A stretch of 64,000 nt of DNA. Origin: Flavobacteriales bacterium TMED84 (GTDB lineage Bacteria > Bacteroidota > Bacteroidia > Flavobacteriales > BACL11). Within the stretch, counting starts at the first letter, position 1. The number at the start of each line of letters is the position of its first letter. The position numbers were made by a program, and so were the translations under genes. The notes beneath the pieces are model-generated. The model was not told where the DNA came from. It was given only the letters and a program-made list of their open reading frames with translations, and ran no database searches. This document shows positions 18,684 through 28,974 of this stretch, piece by piece. Location of the stretch: positions 6,455-70,454 of the forward strand of contig NHEL02000012.1 of assembly GCA_002172655.2 (NCBI GenBank), given 5' to 3'.

Positions 18684-20282
18684 CTATGTTTGCATGACAC
18701 CATTAGAGTATGATTCATTTATTTCTTTCATACATGAAACTTCCAAAGATTTAGAAATGGCATCTCTAGTTTTTGCCGGATCGATAATTTTATCAATCCA
18801 TAAATTTGAAGCTGCATTATATGCACTTGCACTTTTGTTATAATTTTCTACTATGGCTCTATATTCAGGATCATCTTTTTTATATGTTTTTTTATTAAGT
18901 TGCATGATAACTTTAGCTGCTTGCTCACCTCCCATTACAGCAATTTTAGAATTTGGCCAGGCGAAAATAAATCTAGGATCATATGCTTTACCACACATTG
19001 CATAATTTCCTGCTCCATATGAGTTTCCTATTATAATTGTAATTTTTGGAACAATAGTATTACTCACAGCATTAACTAGCTTAGCTCCATTTTTTATTAA
19101 TCCTCCCTTTTCAGATTTAGATCCTACCATGAACCCTGTCACATCTTGTAAAAAAATAATTGGAATCTTTTTTTGATTACATATTGATACAAAGCGAGCA
19201 GCTTTATTAGCTGAATCAGAATAAATTACACCTCCAAATTGCATTTCACCTGAACTTGATTTTATAATTTTTCTTTGATTTGCTACAATACCAACTGACC
19301 ATCCATCGACTCTGGCATAACCGCAAACAATAGTCTTTCCATAATCTTTTTTGTATTCAAGAAATTCTGATTTGTCAACAATACATTCAATTATCTCAAG
19401 AACATCATAATTATCTTTGATTTCTTTTGGAATAATTCCATAGATTTTTGAACTTTCATGTAATGGCATTTCAGATTTAATTCTGTCAAAGCTTTTATTT
19501 TTTTTTAGATTGATTTTTTCAAAAATTGATTTGATTTTATCTAAAGCGTCTTTATCATTATTGGCTTTATAGTCTGTAACTCCTGAGATTTCACAATGTG
19601 TTTTCGCTCCGCCAAGTTCCTCATTTTCAACAATCTCTCCTATAGCTGCTTTCACAAGATGACTACCTGCAAGAAAAATACTTCCAGTTTTTTCTACTAT
19701 AATTGACTCGTCACTCATAATTGGTAGATAAGCCCCCCCTGCGACGCATGGTCCCATAATGGCTGAAACTTGATAAATTCCTTTTGAGCTTAGTATTGCA
19801 TTATTTCTAAAGACTCTACCAAAATTCTCTTTATCAGGAAAAATTTGATCTTGCAGTTGTAAAAATACTCCTGCACTATCAACAAGATAAACTATTGGAA
19901 CATGATTTTCAATTGCTATCTCTTGAACTCTAAGATTTTTTTTTGCAGTCGTTGGAAACCAAGCACCTGACTTAACAGTAGAGTCATTTGCAATAATTAA
20001 GCATAATTTTTTATTAATCCTTGCAATACCAGCTACGACGCCACCGCACGGACATCCACCAAACTCCTCATACTTTCCGTAACCAGCGAACTCAGCTATT
20101 TCAAAGAAAGAATCATTATCTGCCAAATATTTAATTCTCTCTCTCGCAGTTAGCTTGTTCTTTTTATGAACCTTGTCAATTTTTTCTTTTCCCCCACCAA
20201 CATATATCTTGTCAAGCTTTTTTTTCATATCCGAAACAAGAAGTTTCGAGTAGTCTTCATTAATGTTGAATTTTAAATCCAC
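18684..20282 (-). CDS. Acyl-CoA carboxylase carboxyltransferase (beta) subunit, methylcrotonyl-/propionyl-CoA carboxylase family
   Basis: Two crotonase-like carboxyltransferase halves. Motifs LTARERI, VYLVDSAG, FPDKENFGRVFRN, MGPCVAGGAYLP, ELGGAKTH. 532 aa. Confidence 0.85.
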   Translation of the reverse strand: MDLKFNINEDYSKLLVSDMKKKLDKIYVGGGKEKIDKVHKKNKLTARERIKYLADNDSFFEIAEFAGYGKYEEFGGCPCGGVVAGIARINKKLCLIIANDSTVKSGAWFPTTAKKNLRVQEIAIENHVPIVYLVDSAGVFLQLQDQIFPDKENFGRVFRNNAILSSKGIYQVSAIMGPCVAGGAYLPIMSDESIIVEKTGSIFLAGSHLVKAAIGEIVENEELGGAKTHCEISGVTDYKANNDKDALDKIKSIFEKINLKKNKSFDRIKSEMPLHESSKIYGIIPKEIKDNYDVLEIIECIVDKSEFLEYKKDYGKTIVCGYARVDGWSVGIVANQRKIIKSSSGEMQFGGVIYSDSANKAARFVSICNQKKIPIIFLQDVTGFMVGSKSEKGGLIKNGAKLVNAVSNTIVPKITIIIGNSYGAGNYAMCGKAYDPRFIFAWPNSKIAVMGGEQAAKVIMQLNKKTYKKDDPEYRAIVENYNKSASAYNAASNLWIDKIIDPAKTRDAISKSLEVSCMKEINESYSNGVMQT

Positions 20283-20292
20283 AATTTTTTAT

Positions 20293-20892
20293 TTAAATAT
20301 AAATACTTTTTAAGTATTTTTTTGAATCAGGTCCTAAATTAAAAATTAAGTCAATAATAGAAAGTTCATTTTTATTATTGTGTTCTTTAAAAACTTTAGA
20401 ATAATTAAATTTTTGTAAATATTTGTGCTGCCTGAAATCCATTTCTTTATTTTGAGTAATTACATAATCAGCAGAGTATATGCAATTACATTTAATTTTT
20501 AAAATATCTAAAATTAAATCATTCAATCTTTTGTTTAGCTCAAAAAGATAATTGTGTTTAAATGAGTAAATATTTTCAAAATCATCTTTATAATATTTAA
20601 AATATGGTGAAGAATTATAACAGCTTGTTATCGCTTTCCAATGCTTTCTAGTCCATTTACTTATTTTGAAAATTTCTATTTTGTTCATACTTCTGAACAT
20701 TGTTTTTCTTTTGGGAACTGTTAATAAAATATGGCCATTTGGTCCTAACAAATATGCTCTATTTCTAATGCTTCTCTTTATGAAATTTTCATGAATATCA
20801 ATAATTGCTGCTTCATTCTTGCTTAAAAAGTAATAATATGAAATTGGAGGTAAGTACGCTGACGGTAAAACAATAAAATCTTTACTTAACAC
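20293..20892 (-). CDS. WbqC-family protein
   Basis: N-terminal PSAYLPPISYY...RSIRNRAYLLGPNGHILLTVP resembles the WbqC family. The position directly after dapB-lepB is typical of Flavobacteriia as I recall it. Confidence 0.55.
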   Translation of the reverse strand: MLSKDFIVLPSAYLPPISYYYFLSKNEAAIIDIHENFIKRSIRNRAYLLGPNGHILLTVPKRKTMFRSMNKIEIFKISKWTRKHWKAITSCYNSSPYFKYYKDDFENIYSFKHNYLFELNKRLNDLILDILKIKCNCIYSADYVITQNKEMDFRQHKYLQKFNYSKVFKEHNNKNELSIIDLIFNLGPDSKKYLKSIYI

Positions 20893-22129
20893 TTTTGAAA
20901 AGTCTTTTCCAGCGCACCTTTTTTATACCTTTTGCATTTTTGTCCCAGCTCATCCAAATAAATAGAGCTTTACCGACAATATGATCTTCTGGGACAAATC
21001 CCCAAAATCTAGAATCTGCTGAATTGTGTCTGTTATCTCCCATCATCCAATAATAATTTTGCTTGAACTCATATTCAGCTACTTCTTTGTTATTTATGTA
21101 AATTATATCATTTCGGACCTCCAGTAAATTGTTTTCATAATTTAAAATTATATCTTCGTAGAGTTTAATATTTTGAGTAGTTAAGTTTATTTTTTCACCT
21201 TTTTTTGGAACGGAAATTGGACCGTAGTTATCTGAACTCCATGGCCTTTCTTTTGAATTCCCAAAAATATACTCATATTTTTCTGCTTTATCAATTTTTC
21301 TTTTTATATCAACTACATTTTTATATTTCGAGAGAAAAAATCTTGTGCTGTCAGTAAGAGTTAAGACATATTCATTTTTATTTCTGCCGTAGTAACTACC
21401 TTCAGTTACATCATGTTTTTTATATAGAGTTTTCAGATTTAGACCAGACCCCTTAGTTTTTATTTGATAAAAAAATTGTTTTTTCATACCTTCAGGTTCA
21501 TTGTGTTTTTTGTGATTAACAATTAATTGGCCATCTACTATTTCAATAACATCTCCAGAAATCCCAACACATCTTTTTATATAATTTTCCTTTTTATCAA
21601 CTGGTCTTCCAAGTTTTTCAGAAGGCCAGTTAAAAACGACACAGTCATTTCTTTTAATTTTTCCAATTCCTTTCATTCTATGATAAGGAAGCTGAATAAT
21701 TTCACTGTATGATTTCTTTTTTGTTCCAGGAACTGTGTGGTGAACTAAAGGAACAGCAATTGGAGTTATTGGAACTCTAGGTCCATATGCTAGCTTACTA
21801 ACAAAAAGAAAATCTCCAACAAGAAGTGATTTTTCCATTGAAGATGTTGGAATAGTATATGCTTCAATTAGAAATGTTCTCAATAGTGATGCTGCAATTA
21901 CTGCAAAGAAAATTGCTTCGACCCAGTTTCTAAGCTCACTTTTGTTACTTTTTTTCTTTTTTCTCTTTTTCCAAAATGTCCAATTTATTGTTTTCCAGAA
22001 CATTATGTCAGCTACAAATAGTGGTAAAAATAGTAACCATTCACCACCTAATAATCTCATTACTACTACATAAATTACTGTAAAAATCGTGAAGAATAAT
22101 AATTTTTTTTGATACGACTTATTTTTCAT
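20882..22129 (-). CDS. lepB: Signal peptidase I
   Basis: N-terminal TM helices. Catalytic Ser box PTSSMEKSLLVGD, Lys box YIKRCVGISGD, and GDNRHNSADSRFWGFV. Confidence 0.9.
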   Translation of the reverse strand: MKNKSYQKKLLFFTIFTVIYVVVMRLLGGEWLLFLPLFVADIMFWKTINWTFWKKRKKKKSNKSELRNWVEAIFFAVIAASLLRTFLIEAYTIPTSSMEKSLLVGDFLFVSKLAYGPRVPITPIAVPLVHHTVPGTKKKSYSEIIQLPYHRMKGIGKIKRNDCVVFNWPSEKLGRPVDKKENYIKRCVGISGDVIEIVDGQLIVNHKKHNEPEGMKKQFFYQIKTKGSGLNLKTLYKKHDVTEGSYYGRNKNEYVLTLTDSTRFFLSKYKNVVDIKRKIDKAEKYEYIFGNSKERPWSSDNYGPISVPKKGEKINLTTQNIKLYEDIILNYENNLLEVRNDIIYINNKEVAEYEFKQNYYWMMGDNRHNSADSRFWGFVPEDHIVGKALFIWMSWDKNAKGIKKVRWKRLFKSVK

Positions 22130-22787
22130 TTTTTAAACAATCATTAAAATTATAAAAACCTTTCTTATCTACTAGCCATTCTGCAGACATTATTGCTCCG
22201 CTAGCAAAGGTGTCTCTGTTTTTTGCAGAGTGAGTTATTTCAATTTCGTCATATGGACTTTTATAAAAAACTGTATGAACTCCCTTAACATCTTTCTCCC
22301 TTATAGATATAATTTTGATATCTTTTTTGAAATATTTTTGGATTTCATTTTTTAAAAGAATTGCCGTACCACTTGGTTTATCTAATTTTTGAATGTGGTG
22401 TTTTTCTAAAATTGAAATATCATAATTTTTTAAATTTTTAGCTAATCTTTTGCTTATATTCAAAAATTTATTCATTGAAAGAGAAAAATTTGATGAGTGA
22501 AGAAAAGATCCATTATACTTTTCACAAATTTTTTCAATTGTTTTGAGTTCAGTAAGCCAGCCTGTTGAGCCTGAAACAACAGGTAGATTACTTTTTAAAC
22601 AAAATGATATATTTTCAAAAGCTGATTTGGGGTTTGTAAATTCAATTCCTATATCTGCTGTTGATAAATCAATTTTTTTTAAATCACTTTGAGAATTTAC
22701 AATAGAGTGTATTTTATAATTTTTTGAAAGGGCAATTTTTTCAATTGCCTTACCCATTTTTCCATATCCGATTATAATTATTTTCAA
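22119..22787 (-). CDS. dapB: 4-hydroxy-tetrahydrodipicolinate reductase
   Basis: Rossmann N-terminus MKIIIIGYGKMGKAI. Signature EKHHIQKLDKPSGTA. Confidence 0.9.
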   Translation of the reverse strand: MKIIIIGYGKMGKAIEKIALSKNYKIHSIVNSQSDLKKIDLSTADIGIEFTNPKSAFENISFCLKSNLPVVSGSTGWLTELKTIEKICEKYNGSFLHSSNFSLSMNKFLNISKRLAKNLKNYDISILEKHHIQKLDKPSGTAILLKNEIQKYFKKDIKIISIREKDVKGVHTVFYKSPYDEIEITHSAKNRDTFASGAIMSAEWLVDKKGFYNFNDCLKNEK

Positions 22788-23275
22788 TTTATTGCAAAGT
22801 TAAGCTCGAAGAAAAAACTATTATGATTATTATTTATCGACATTGATAAATCTTCATTAACATCAAAAGTCATAAGATGTCTATCTACAGATGCATCAAT
22901 AACATTTATGAAATAGGATAGAGCAAGGAATAAATAAGAGACATCTCTATTTCTTCTGTAGTAATCTTTTAAAACAATTAAATCTTGACTACTAATATTA
23001 ATAAGTTCAGGATTTGAAATACTATTATTTTGTCTATTTAAAAATTCATCTTTATATGTCTTATATTTTTTATTGTTGTCTGATGCAAAATATATACATG
23101 TACCAATGCATGTATATATTATTGGGATTTTCCAAAATTTTTTATTTATAAATTGTCCAGATCCTGGTATAATGGAAGAGTATATTGCAACCTCTTTTGG
23201 AGAAATCTCATTTGATTGAGAAAATGAAAGTTTAGTTGTAAAAAAACAAAAAACAAAAAATATGAATTTATTCAT
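22784..23275 (-). CDS. DUF5683-like membrane/secreted protein
   Basis: Signal peptide, then IIPGSGQFINKKFWKIPIIY motif as in the Bacteroidota DUF5683 family. Sits between parB and dapB. Confidence 0.5.
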   Translation of the reverse strand: MNKFIFFVFCFFTTKLSFSQSNEISPKEVAIYSSIIPGSGQFINKKFWKIPIIYTCIGTCIYFASDNNKKYKTYKDEFLNRQNNSISNPELINISSQDLIVLKDYYRRNRDVSYLFLALSYFINVIDASVDRHLMTFDVNEDLSMSINNNHNSFFFELNFAIN

Positions 23276-24155
23276 TCATCAATTTTATTATCCTATTTAA
23301 ATCAATTTCATTTTTGAATTTAATTTTAATCTCACCACTGCCATTTTTTAATTTTTTGATCGAAAAGTTTGAACTAATTTTTTTTTCAAGTTCGAATATG
23401 TTTTTTTGAGTAGTAAATGAAAACTCAAGTTCATTATTTTCTGTCTTCGAAAAATTTTTACCGCTGTAATTTGATTTTGCAAAAACTTTGACTATTTCCT
23501 CAACTTCTCGTACAGAAAGTTTCTTATTAATGATATCTGAAAAAATATTTATTTGTTTTTCATTGTCTGAAATGTTTATTAGTGGCCTGACATGTCCTAT
23601 TGAGACTATCCTTTTCTTTAAAGCTGATTGTATTTTTATAGGAAGTTTAAGTAATCTTAAATAATTTGCTATAGTTGATCTTTTTTTTCCTATTCTTGAA
23701 CTACATTCCTCTTGAGTAATTTTACATTCATTTATTAGTTTCTCCAGTGAAAGGGCAATTTCAATTGGATTAAGGTTTTGTCTTTGAATATTTTCGACAA
23801 GTGCCATTTTAAGCATATTTTCATCATCTGCTATTCTAACGTATGCAGGGATTTCTTCAAAGTTTAGTGATTTACAAGCTTCAAGTCTTCTTTCACCTGA
23901 AATTAATTGATATTTATTTGAATGAACTTGTCTGACCGTTATTGGTTGAATAATACCCATGTCTTTAATGGAAATAGCAAGCTCAGCAATTTTTTCTGAA
24001 CTAAACTCCTCTCTTGGTTGAAATGGATTTTTTTCTATTTCAGAAATGAGAATTTGTTTTACCATACCTGTGCTAATAATGTCTTCATCAATTTTTTTTG
24101 AATTTCCTAATATTGCAGAAAGACCTCTTCCTAGTACGTTTGTGTTTTTTTTCAT
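23268..24155 (-). CDS. parB: Chromosome partitioning protein ParB
   Basis: ParB box motifs ISGERRLEACK and LVENIQRQNLNPIE. HTH region. Follows parA. Confidence 0.92.
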   Translation of the reverse strand: MKKNTNVLGRGLSAILGNSKKIDEDIISTGMVKQILISEIEKNPFQPREEFSSEKIAELAISIKDMGIIQPITVRQVHSNKYQLISGERRLEACKSLNFEEIPAYVRIADDENMLKMALVENIQRQNLNPIEIALSLEKLINECKITQEECSSRIGKKRSTIANYLRLLKLPIKIQSALKKRIVSIGHVRPLINISDNEKQINIFSDIINKKLSVREVEEIVKVFAKSNYSGKNFSKTENNELEFSFTTQKNIFELEKKISSNFSIKKLKNGSGEIKIKFKNEIDLNRIIKLMNE

Positions 24156-24922
24156 TAATATTTATTCTTATTCAAAATTTCGTTTGCTAAGTTTAAATAA
24201 TTTATTGCTCCTTTACTGCTTGCATCATGCATTATTATGGTTTTCCCATGAGATGGAGACTCACTGAGTTTTACATTTCTGTGAATAATTGTATCAAAAA
24301 CAAGATCTTGAAAATGTTTTTTTACATCATCAACTACTTGATTAGAAAGTCTGAGTCTTGTGTCATACATTGTTAATAACAAGCCTTCAATAGATAAATT
24401 TTTATTCAATCTTTGCTGAACTATTTTAATAGTGTTCAAAAGTTTACCAAGGCCCTCTAAAGCAAAGTATTCACACTGAATCGGAACTATTACTGAATTA
24501 GATGCTGTAAGAGCATTAATTGTCAAAATACCCAATGATGGTGCACAATCAATAATAATGTAATCATAATCAATTTCTATTCTTTCCAAGCAGCCTTTTA
24601 ATGTATTTTCCCTATCTCTAAGATTTACCATTTCTATTTCTGCACCTACCAAATCAATGCAAGAAGGAATAATGTATAGATTAGGACTATTAGTTTTAAT
24701 GATGTCGGATTTCTTAATTTCTGCATTTGATAAGCAGCTATAAATATTAGGAGATTTTACGTTTGGGTCAAGTCCCAACCCTGAGGTTGAATTGGCTTGA
24801 GGGTCAGCATCGATAATTAATATTTTTTTTTCTAATACGCCTAGGCTAGCTGCTAGATTTATCGCAGTTGTTGTCTTTCCAACACCGCCTTTCTGATTTG
24901 AAATTGAAATAATTTTTGCCAT
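24155..24922 (-). CDS. parA: Chromosome partitioning ATPase ParA/Soj
   Basis: Deviant Walker A NQKGGVGKTTTAINLA. DADPQ. 255 aa. Confidence 0.95.
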   Translation of the reverse strand: MAKIISISNQKGGVGKTTTAINLAASLGVLEKKILIIDADPQANSTSGLGLDPNVKSPNIYSCLSNAEIKKSDIIKTNSPNLYIIPSCIDLVGAEIEMVNLRDRENTLKGCLERIEIDYDYIIIDCAPSLGILTINALTASNSVIVPIQCEYFALEGLGKLLNTIKIVQQRLNKNLSIEGLLLTMYDTRLRLSNQVVDDVKKHFQDLVFDTIIHRNVKLSESPSHGKTIIMHDASSKGAINYLNLANEILNKNKY

Positions 24923-25003
24923 TTATTATAAGAAATAAATATAGTGTCTTAAAGGCAAATGTTTAATAGCTATATCAAATAAATTATTAACAAGTTGAAA
25001 ATA

Positions 25004-25369
25004 TTAGCTATCCTCAGTATTGTCTATTTCGTCTAAATTTACTTCGGTAAAATCACTTGAGCTTGATTGTTCAGATGTTTTTTTAGGTTTTTTTTCGTCG
25101 TTAGTAATTATATCTTCTCCTTTTTGCTCAAAAATATAATTTGTGACCTCTTCGAGATTTTCTTTAAAATTTATAAAATCTTCTTTGTAGAGATAAATTT
25201 TATGTTTTTTATAATATGGAGTCCCATCTTCATTGAAATCTCTCTTGCTCTCAGTAATGGTCATGTAGTAATCACCAGCCCTTGTTGATCTAACATCAAA
25301 AAAATAAGTTCTTCTTCCTGCTCTTAGTGATTTAGAAAATATTTCTTCAATTTCTCTTTTTTCAGACAT
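25004..25369 (-). CDS. PUR-alpha-like nucleic-acid-binding protein (DUF3276 family)
   Basis: LRAGRRTYFFDVRSTRAGDYYMTITESKR...KHKIYLYKEDF pattern typical of Bacteroidota DUF3276. Acidic and Ser-rich C-terminal tail. Confidence 0.7.
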   Translation of the reverse strand: MSEKREIEEIFSKSLRAGRRTYFFDVRSTRAGDYYMTITESKRDFNEDGTPYYKKHKIYLYKEDFINFKENLEEVTNYIFEQKGEDIITNDEKKPKKTSEQSSSSDFTEVNLDEIDNTEDS

Positions 25370-25386
25370 ATGGGTAGTGTTTTTAA

Positions 25387-25394
25387 CAAATATA
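25387..25394 (-). promoter_or_regulatory. Putative -7 promoter box (TATATTTG) for the DUF3276 gene
   Basis: + strand CAAATATA lies 18 nt upstream of the ATG. It sits in the 30-nt gap after the ABC exporter stop. Confidence 0.35.
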
Positions 25395-25399
25395 ATAAA

Positions 25400-27157
25400 T
25401 TATGAGACATTTTTCTTATTATGCAATTGATTTGTGAACATTTTAAAGTAGAATCCATTCTTTTTAATTAAATCTGTGTGATTTCCTGATTCAACAATTT
25501 TACCCTCATCTAAAACTAAAATGTTATCACATTTTACTAAGCTCATTATCCTGTGACTAACAATTATTGACGTTGTCTTTGATTTAAGTTTATTTAAAGT
25601 TTTAACAATTTTTCTTTCAGTTATTGAATCAACAGCAGAAAGACAATCGTCAAATATAAAGATTTCAGGTTTTGTATAAAATGCTCTAGCAATTGAAATT
25701 CTTTGTTTTTGACCACCTGACAGTTGAACACCTCTCTCTCCAATTTTAGTCTTGTATTTATTAGGAAATTTTTTTATTTCCTCATCAATTGCTGCGTTTT
25801 CTGTAGAAAGATTTAATTTCTTTCTGTCAATTTTACTAGAACTATAAGAAATATTTTCTTCAATTGTGCCAGAAAATAAGTATCCATCTTGAGGTACGTA
25901 TCCAAATTTTCTTCTCAAAATTTCTAAGTCATATTTGTGAATGGGTTTGTTATTCAATAATATATCCCCTTTGGATAAATCATAAATTCTTGTGATAAGA
26001 GCTAGAATTGTTGATTTCCCTGAACCAGTTTTGCCAAAAATCCCCATAGTTTCACCTTTTTTTAGCTTAAAAGAAATATTCTTGAGAGCATAGTTTTTAG
26101 ATTTTTCATACTTGAAGAAAATGTTTTTGAATTCAATTTCATCTATCGACGTTAATTTTTGTTTTCCAAAATTTTTAATCGTTGAATTATCACTTAAAAA
26201 TTCATTAATTCTTTTTTGTGAAGCTTCTGCTCTTTGAATTAAGGAAGTTAGCCAACCAATTGAGGCAACAGGCCACGAAAGCATATTGACATAAATTATG
26301 AATTCAGCAATTGTTCCTGTTGAAATATATCCTTTTGAAACTTCAATACCTCCAATATAGATTGTAAGTAAAGTACTCGTTCCAATTAATGTTACAATAA
26401 GAGGATAAAAAAGTGCCTCAATTTTAATTAGATCAAGCTGTTTTTTGATATACTTGTCACAATTATTTCTAAATTTTTTTAAACTTAATTTTTCGTATGC
26501 GAAGGATTTTAATATGTAAATTCCAGAGTAATTTTCTTGTGCAATACTGGTTATTCTGGATAACTGCTTTTGTACTTTGTCACTCTTTAAGTTAATTTTT
26601 GAACTTACAAAAAAAACAGATATGGCTAGTACAGGCAAGGGAGCAAGAACATATAGTGATAAAACTTCACTAATAGAAAACATTTTAAAAATAACTAATG
26701 AAAATAAGACTGAAATATTAATAAAGTACATTATTGCAGGTCCAAGATACATTCTAACTCTGCTAACATCCTCTGAAATTCTATTCATCAGATCACCGGT
26801 GTTATTTTTGCTATAGAAACTCATACTTAAGCTTTGATATTTGCTGTAAATCTCATTTTTCAGATCAAATTCAATTCTCCTTGACATTACAATTATAGTT
26901 TGTCTCATTAAAAACATGAAAACTCCTTTTCCTAATGAAAATAAAAGAATTAGCACGCTGTATTTAATTATTTCAGATTTTATATCATTAAAATCGTTTG
27001 GTTGTTCTAAAGACACAAGAACTTTGTCAAGAGCTACCTTAACAAATTCCGCTGGATATAGAGCAAAAAAGTTTGACATAGTAACAAATATTAACCCAGT
27101 GATTAATAAAAACTTGTGTTTTAAAAAAAACTTATTTAAATATTTGAGTGCTTTCAA
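25400..27157 (-). CDS. ABC exporter, fused permease/ATP-binding half-transporter (paralog of the gene at 1..1386)
   Basis: Six predicted TM helices. NBD with GKTGSGKST, LSGGQKQR and IFIFDDCLSAVD. TTG start (no upstream in-frame ATG before a stop). Confidence 0.9.
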   Translation of the reverse strand: MKALKYLNKFFLKHKFLLITGLIFVTMSNFFALYPAEFVKVALDKVLVSLEQPNDFNDIKSEIIKYSVLILLFSLGKGVFMFLMRQTIIVMSRRIEFDLKNEIYSKYQSLSMSFYSKNNTGDLMNRISEDVSRVRMYLGPAIMYFINISVLFSLVIFKMFSISEVLSLYVLAPLPVLAISVFFVSSKINLKSDKVQKQLSRITSIAQENYSGIYILKSFAYEKLSLKKFRNNCDKYIKKQLDLIKIEALFYPLIVTLIGTSTLLTIYIGGIEVSKGYISTGTIAEFIIYVNMLSWPVASIGWLTSLIQRAEASQKRINEFLSDNSTIKNFGKQKLTSIDEIEFKNIFFKYEKSKNYALKNISFKLKKGETMGIFGKTGSGKSTILALITRIYDLSKGDILLNNKPIHKYDLEILRRKFGYVPQDGYLFSGTIEENISYSSSKIDRKKLNLSTENAAIDEEIKKFPNKYKTKIGERGVQLSGGQKQRISIARAFYTKPEIFIFDDCLSAVDSITERKIVKTLNKLKSKTTSIIVSHRIMSLVKCDNILVLDEGKIVESGNHTDLIKKNGFYFKMFTNQLHNKKNVS

Positions 27158-27173
27158 TGTGATTTTTGAATAA

Positions 27174-27181
27174 CAAAAATA
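27174..27181 (-). promoter_or_regulatory. Putative -7 promoter box (TATTTTTG) for the ABC exporter gene
   Basis: + strand CAAAAATA lies 17 nt upstream of the TTG start. Confidence 0.35.
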
Positions 27182-27336
27182 ATAACTAAATTCGCGTACT
27201 AGTAAAAATCGAGTTAAATTCTAACAGAATTAAAATTCTTAATGCTTTCGCGCTTGAAAAAACAAACATTTTTTAACATTATTTTAAAATTACGTTTGCA
27301 GCAATTTTTTGTTATAGTTAAATCAAACATAATAGC

Positions 27337-28251
27337 ATGCTAAGTAGAAGACAAATTAGACTTAAGGTAATGCAGTCCTTATACTCATACTATTCTTTAT
27401 CAAATTTAAAAGTAAAAGTGAAAAAGGATCATTTATTTGAAGTGTCTCATCTTACAAACTTATTTTATCTGTTCATAAAAATACTTGTAAGAACATCCGA
27501 TTTTTCTAAAGAATTTCATGTCTCAAATAAAAAAAAGTTTTTTCCAACTGAAAAAGATTTAAATCCTAACTATAATTTTTTTGAAAATAAGTTTTTAAAA
27601 ATTTTTAAAAATGATAAATTTTTTAAATACTTTAAAGATATTAATGAAATCAGCGAAAAATTAAACATTAACCATGATTTGGATAGAAAATTTTTTATAG
27701 AAATATATAAAAGTGAATTCTATGCAAACTATACTAAATCAAATAAAACTACATACAATACAGACTCAAATTTTATTTTACAAGTTTTAAAAAATATTTT
27801 TCCGCAATATGCTTTCTTAAAAGAGCTATTGTTCGAAGAAAATGTATACTGGATTGATGATTATGAAGCCGTATTAATTTTTTTAATTAATAAAATAAAA
27901 AATAATGAAAAAGTAGAATCATTTAAGATTTCTTCTCCATTTAAAAACAGTGATGATAAATCTTTTTTTACATTCCTTTATGAAAAAACAATTGAAAAAA
28001 ATAAAGATTTTGATAAAATTATTGAGAAAAATTCTGCTAACTGGGACTTGGAAAGAATAGCAACAATTGATATGATACTTTTAAAAATGGGATTAACAGA
28101 GTTTTTCTATCTAAAAGATTTACCATATAAGGTAACTTTGAACGAATATATTGAAATTTCTAAATCATATAGCACAAGAAAAAGTAGTAAGTTCATAAAT
28201 GGTGTTTTAGATAATATTTTACTATCATCAGAAGAAATACGTAAAAAGTGA
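27337..28251 (+). CDS. nusB: Transcription antitermination factor NusB (long Bacteroidota form)
   Basis: C-terminal NusB core NWDLERIATIDMILLKMGLTEF...VTLNEYIEISKSYST..SSKFINGVLDNI. nusB-DUF1573-yajC order. Confidence 0.8.
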   Translation: MLSRRQIRLKVMQSLYSYYSLSNLKVKVKKDHLFEVSHLTNLFYLFIKILVRTSDFSKEFHVSNKKKFFPTEKDLNPNYNFFENKFLKIFKNDKFFKYFKDINEISEKLNINHDLDRKFFIEIYKSEFYANYTKSNKTTYNTDSNFILQVLKNIFPQYAFLKELLFEENVYWIDDYEAVLIFLINKIKNNEKVESFKISSPFKNSDDKSFFTFLYEKTIEKNKDFDKIIEKNSANWDLERIATIDMILLKMGLTEFFYLKDLPYKVTLNEYIEISKSYSTRKSSKFINGVLDNILLSSEEIRKK

Positions 28252-28676
28252 AATTTATTAATATAATAATTTTATTACTATGTTTTTTTTCTTGCAATTT
28301 AAATGAAACAGCAAATAAAAATCATATTTATATTCCATCAAAAAATAATAATAAATCTAATTTTGAGCGAGCCAATATCAAGTTTTCGAAGCTGAATTTC
28401 AATTTTGGAACTATAGTTAAAGGAGAGTTTATTTCAAGATATATTACTTTTAAAAATGATGGTAAAAGAGATTTGGTTATTTCGAATGTTAAATCAAGTT
28501 GTGGTTGTACTATAGCTGATTGGCCAAAGAACCCCATAGCACCTAACAATTCAGACAGTCTATTGTTAGTGTTAAATACAAGCTCATTAAATGGGAAAAT
28601 TATGAAAACTGTAACTATTATTTCAAATTCAAAACCCAATACAAAAGTTATAACAATTAATGCTCAAATAAACTAA
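28248..28676 (+). CDS. DUF1573 domain-containing lipoprotein
   Basis: Lipobox CFFSC. Motif FNFGTI..GE......F.N.G...L.I..V.SSCGCT typical of DUF1573. Confidence 0.75.
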   Translation: MKFINIIILLLCFFSCNLNETANKNHIYIPSKNNNKSNFERANIKFSKLNFNFGTIVKGEFISRYITFKNDGKRDLVISNVKSSCGCTIADWPKNPIAPNNSDSLLLVLNTSSLNGKIMKTVTIISNSKPNTKVITINAQIN

Positions 28677-28678
28677 AT

Positions 28679-28969
28679 ATGATAATAAATATAACTCAAG
28701 ATCTCTCAAATGGAGGATACACTACACTAATATTCTTCTTAATTATATTCTTAATAATGTACTTTTTTATGATTAGACCTCAGATTAAAAAGCAGAAAAA
28801 AGCAGAAAATTATAGAGATTCATTGAAGAAAGGTGACAAAATTGTCACAATAGGAGGTATTCATGGAAAAGTCTTAGAAGTATCAAAAAATACTTTTATT
28901 TTAGATACTGGATTTGATAGAAAATTGAAAATTGAAAAAAGCGCAGTCTCTTCAACTAATCTCAAATAA
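28679..28969 (+). CDS. yajC: Preprotein translocase subunit YajC
   Basis: Single TM, then MIRPQIKKQKKAENYRDSLKKGDKIVTIGGIHGKV. Confidence 0.85.
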   Translation: MIINITQDLSNGGYTTLIFFLIIFLIMYFFMIRPQIKKQKKAENYRDSLKKGDKIVTIGGIHGKVLEVSKNTFILDTGFDRKLKIEKSAVSSTNLK

Positions 28970-28974
28970 ATCTA

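Noticed and set aside
27191-27252. Three-arm AATTCT / AGAATT / AATTCT arrangement (27217-27239) flanked by two TTCGCG islands upstream of nusB. It could form alternative hairpins (attenuator-like).
   Set aside because: The stems are only 6 bp, A/T-rich, with 2-3 nt loops. The CGCG:CGCG closing helix is 4 bp. No leader peptide or known riboswitch signature is present. This could easily be chance in AT-rich DNA.
27291-27298. TACGTTTG match to the TAnnTTTG -7 box upstream of nusB.
   Set aside because: It lies 39 nt from the ATG, outside the 15-22 nt pattern seen elsewhere, and has no -33 TTTG at the right spacing. It is kept as a possibility but not reported as a feature.
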